A stretch of DNA of 64,000 nt. It comes from an uncultured Candidatus Berkelbacteria bacterium. GTDB taxonomy: Bacteria > Patescibacteriota > UBA1384 > UBA12157. The notes below the pieces were generated by a model. The model did not search any database and was not told where the DNA came from. It saw nothing but the letters and a program-made list of their open reading frames with translations. The position numbers were made by a program, and so were the translations under genes. Positions 63,671 to 64,000 of this stretch are shown here, piece by piece. Location of the stretch: NCBI GenBank assembly GCA_903877885.1, contig CAIRFN010000005.1, positions 17,956 through 81,955 on the forward strand, written 5' to 3'. The number at the start of each line of letters is the position of its first letter. The stretch's first letter is position 1.

Positions 63671-64000
63671 ATGGACAAACAAAAAAGTCGGGGTCAAATC
63701 ATCATCTACCAAACGCCGGAGGGCGAAAACAAAATCGAAGTTAAAATGGAGGAGGAAACCATCTGGTTGACACAAGAGCAAATGTCAACATTATTCAATA
63801 AAGATAGAAGAACCATTACTGAACATATCGGAAATATTTTTAAGGAGAACGAGCTTAGTAAAATTTCAGTATGCCGGAAATTCCAGCATACTGCCGCTGA
63901 TGGTAAAAAGTACAAAGTCAATTTCTACAATCTCGATGTAATTATCTCTGTTGGATATCGTGTTAAATCAATCCAAGGAACTCAATTTCGCATCTGGGCT
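63671..64000 (+). CDS. RhuM-family virulence-associated protein, 5' part (truncated by the window end)
   Basis: MDKQKSRGQIIIYQTPEGENKIEVKMEEETIWLTQEQMSTLFNKDRRTITEHIGNIFKENELSKISVCRKFQHTAADGKKYKVNFYNLDVIISVGYRVKSIQGTQFRIWA matches the conserved RhuM N-terminal domain. Confidence 0.7.
   Translation, partial: MDKQKSRGQIIIYQTPEGENKIEVKMEEETIWLTQEQMSTLFNKDRRTITEHIGNIFKENELSKISVCRKFQHTAADGKKYKVNFYNLDVIISVGYRVKSIQGTQFRIWA

Overview
This is a gene-dense, low-GC (roughly 35-38% by eye) bacterial chromosomal segment. It appears to use the standard genetic code, because ORFs stay intact when TGA is read as stop. I found no rRNA, tRNA or CRISPR array.

Recognisable housekeeping genes include:
- RNA turnover and translation: RNase J, polynucleotide phosphorylase, ribosomal proteins S15 and S20, NrnA, ValRS, TsaD.
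- DNA metabolism: family-4 uracil-DNA glycosylase, DNA polymerase III delta-like, a 5'-3' exonuclease.
- Envelope and cell wall: signal peptidase I, MurE-like ligase, FemAB-family transferase.
- Metabolism and other functions: a lone FabH-like KAS III, Nif3, MetK with an upstream SAM-I riboswitch, and a complete F1Fo ATP synthase operon (atpB-E-F-H-A-G-D-C).

There is also a Gram-positive-style type IV secretion/conjugation-like operon. It contains a VirB3-like protein, a VirB4 split into two overlapping ORFs, an NlpC/P60 cell-wall hydrolase and a beta-propeller protein. A 1246-aa repeat-containing surface protein lies next to it, and large secreted and polytopic membrane proteins lie further upstream.

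The most striking feature is a very heavy load of short GC-rich palindromic MITE-like elements, in three families: gtcatYc...gRatgac, tgtcatcctgagc...gttcaggatgaca, and aaggacagtcctt hairpins.
- Two copies are full-length and carry a GIY-YIG nuclease ORF between the same terminal modules that, joined directly, form the short copies.
- At least nine short copies sit in frame and stop-free inside essential genes (tsaD twice, valS, atpG twice, holA, the 5'-exonuclease, femX, metK).

Other notable structures:
- Several single-gene or few-gene GC-rich islands, each with a near-consensus TTGACA-17-TGnTAtAaT promoter and strong terminators. Two of them share a CTCTTGACAAAT(A)GTCAA palindrome.
- A conserved ~115-nt 5' leader present twice.
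- Duplicated start-region decoy uORFs.
- A four-helix-bundle gene flanked by 25-bp inverted repeats.
- A GC-rich non-coding block that may be a structured RNA.
- A GC-rich fragment encoding an outer-membrane beta-barrel-like C-terminus.

The overall gene set looks like a small-genome Gram-positive-type, possibly CPR/Patescibacteria-like, organism. That taxonomic placement is inference only.
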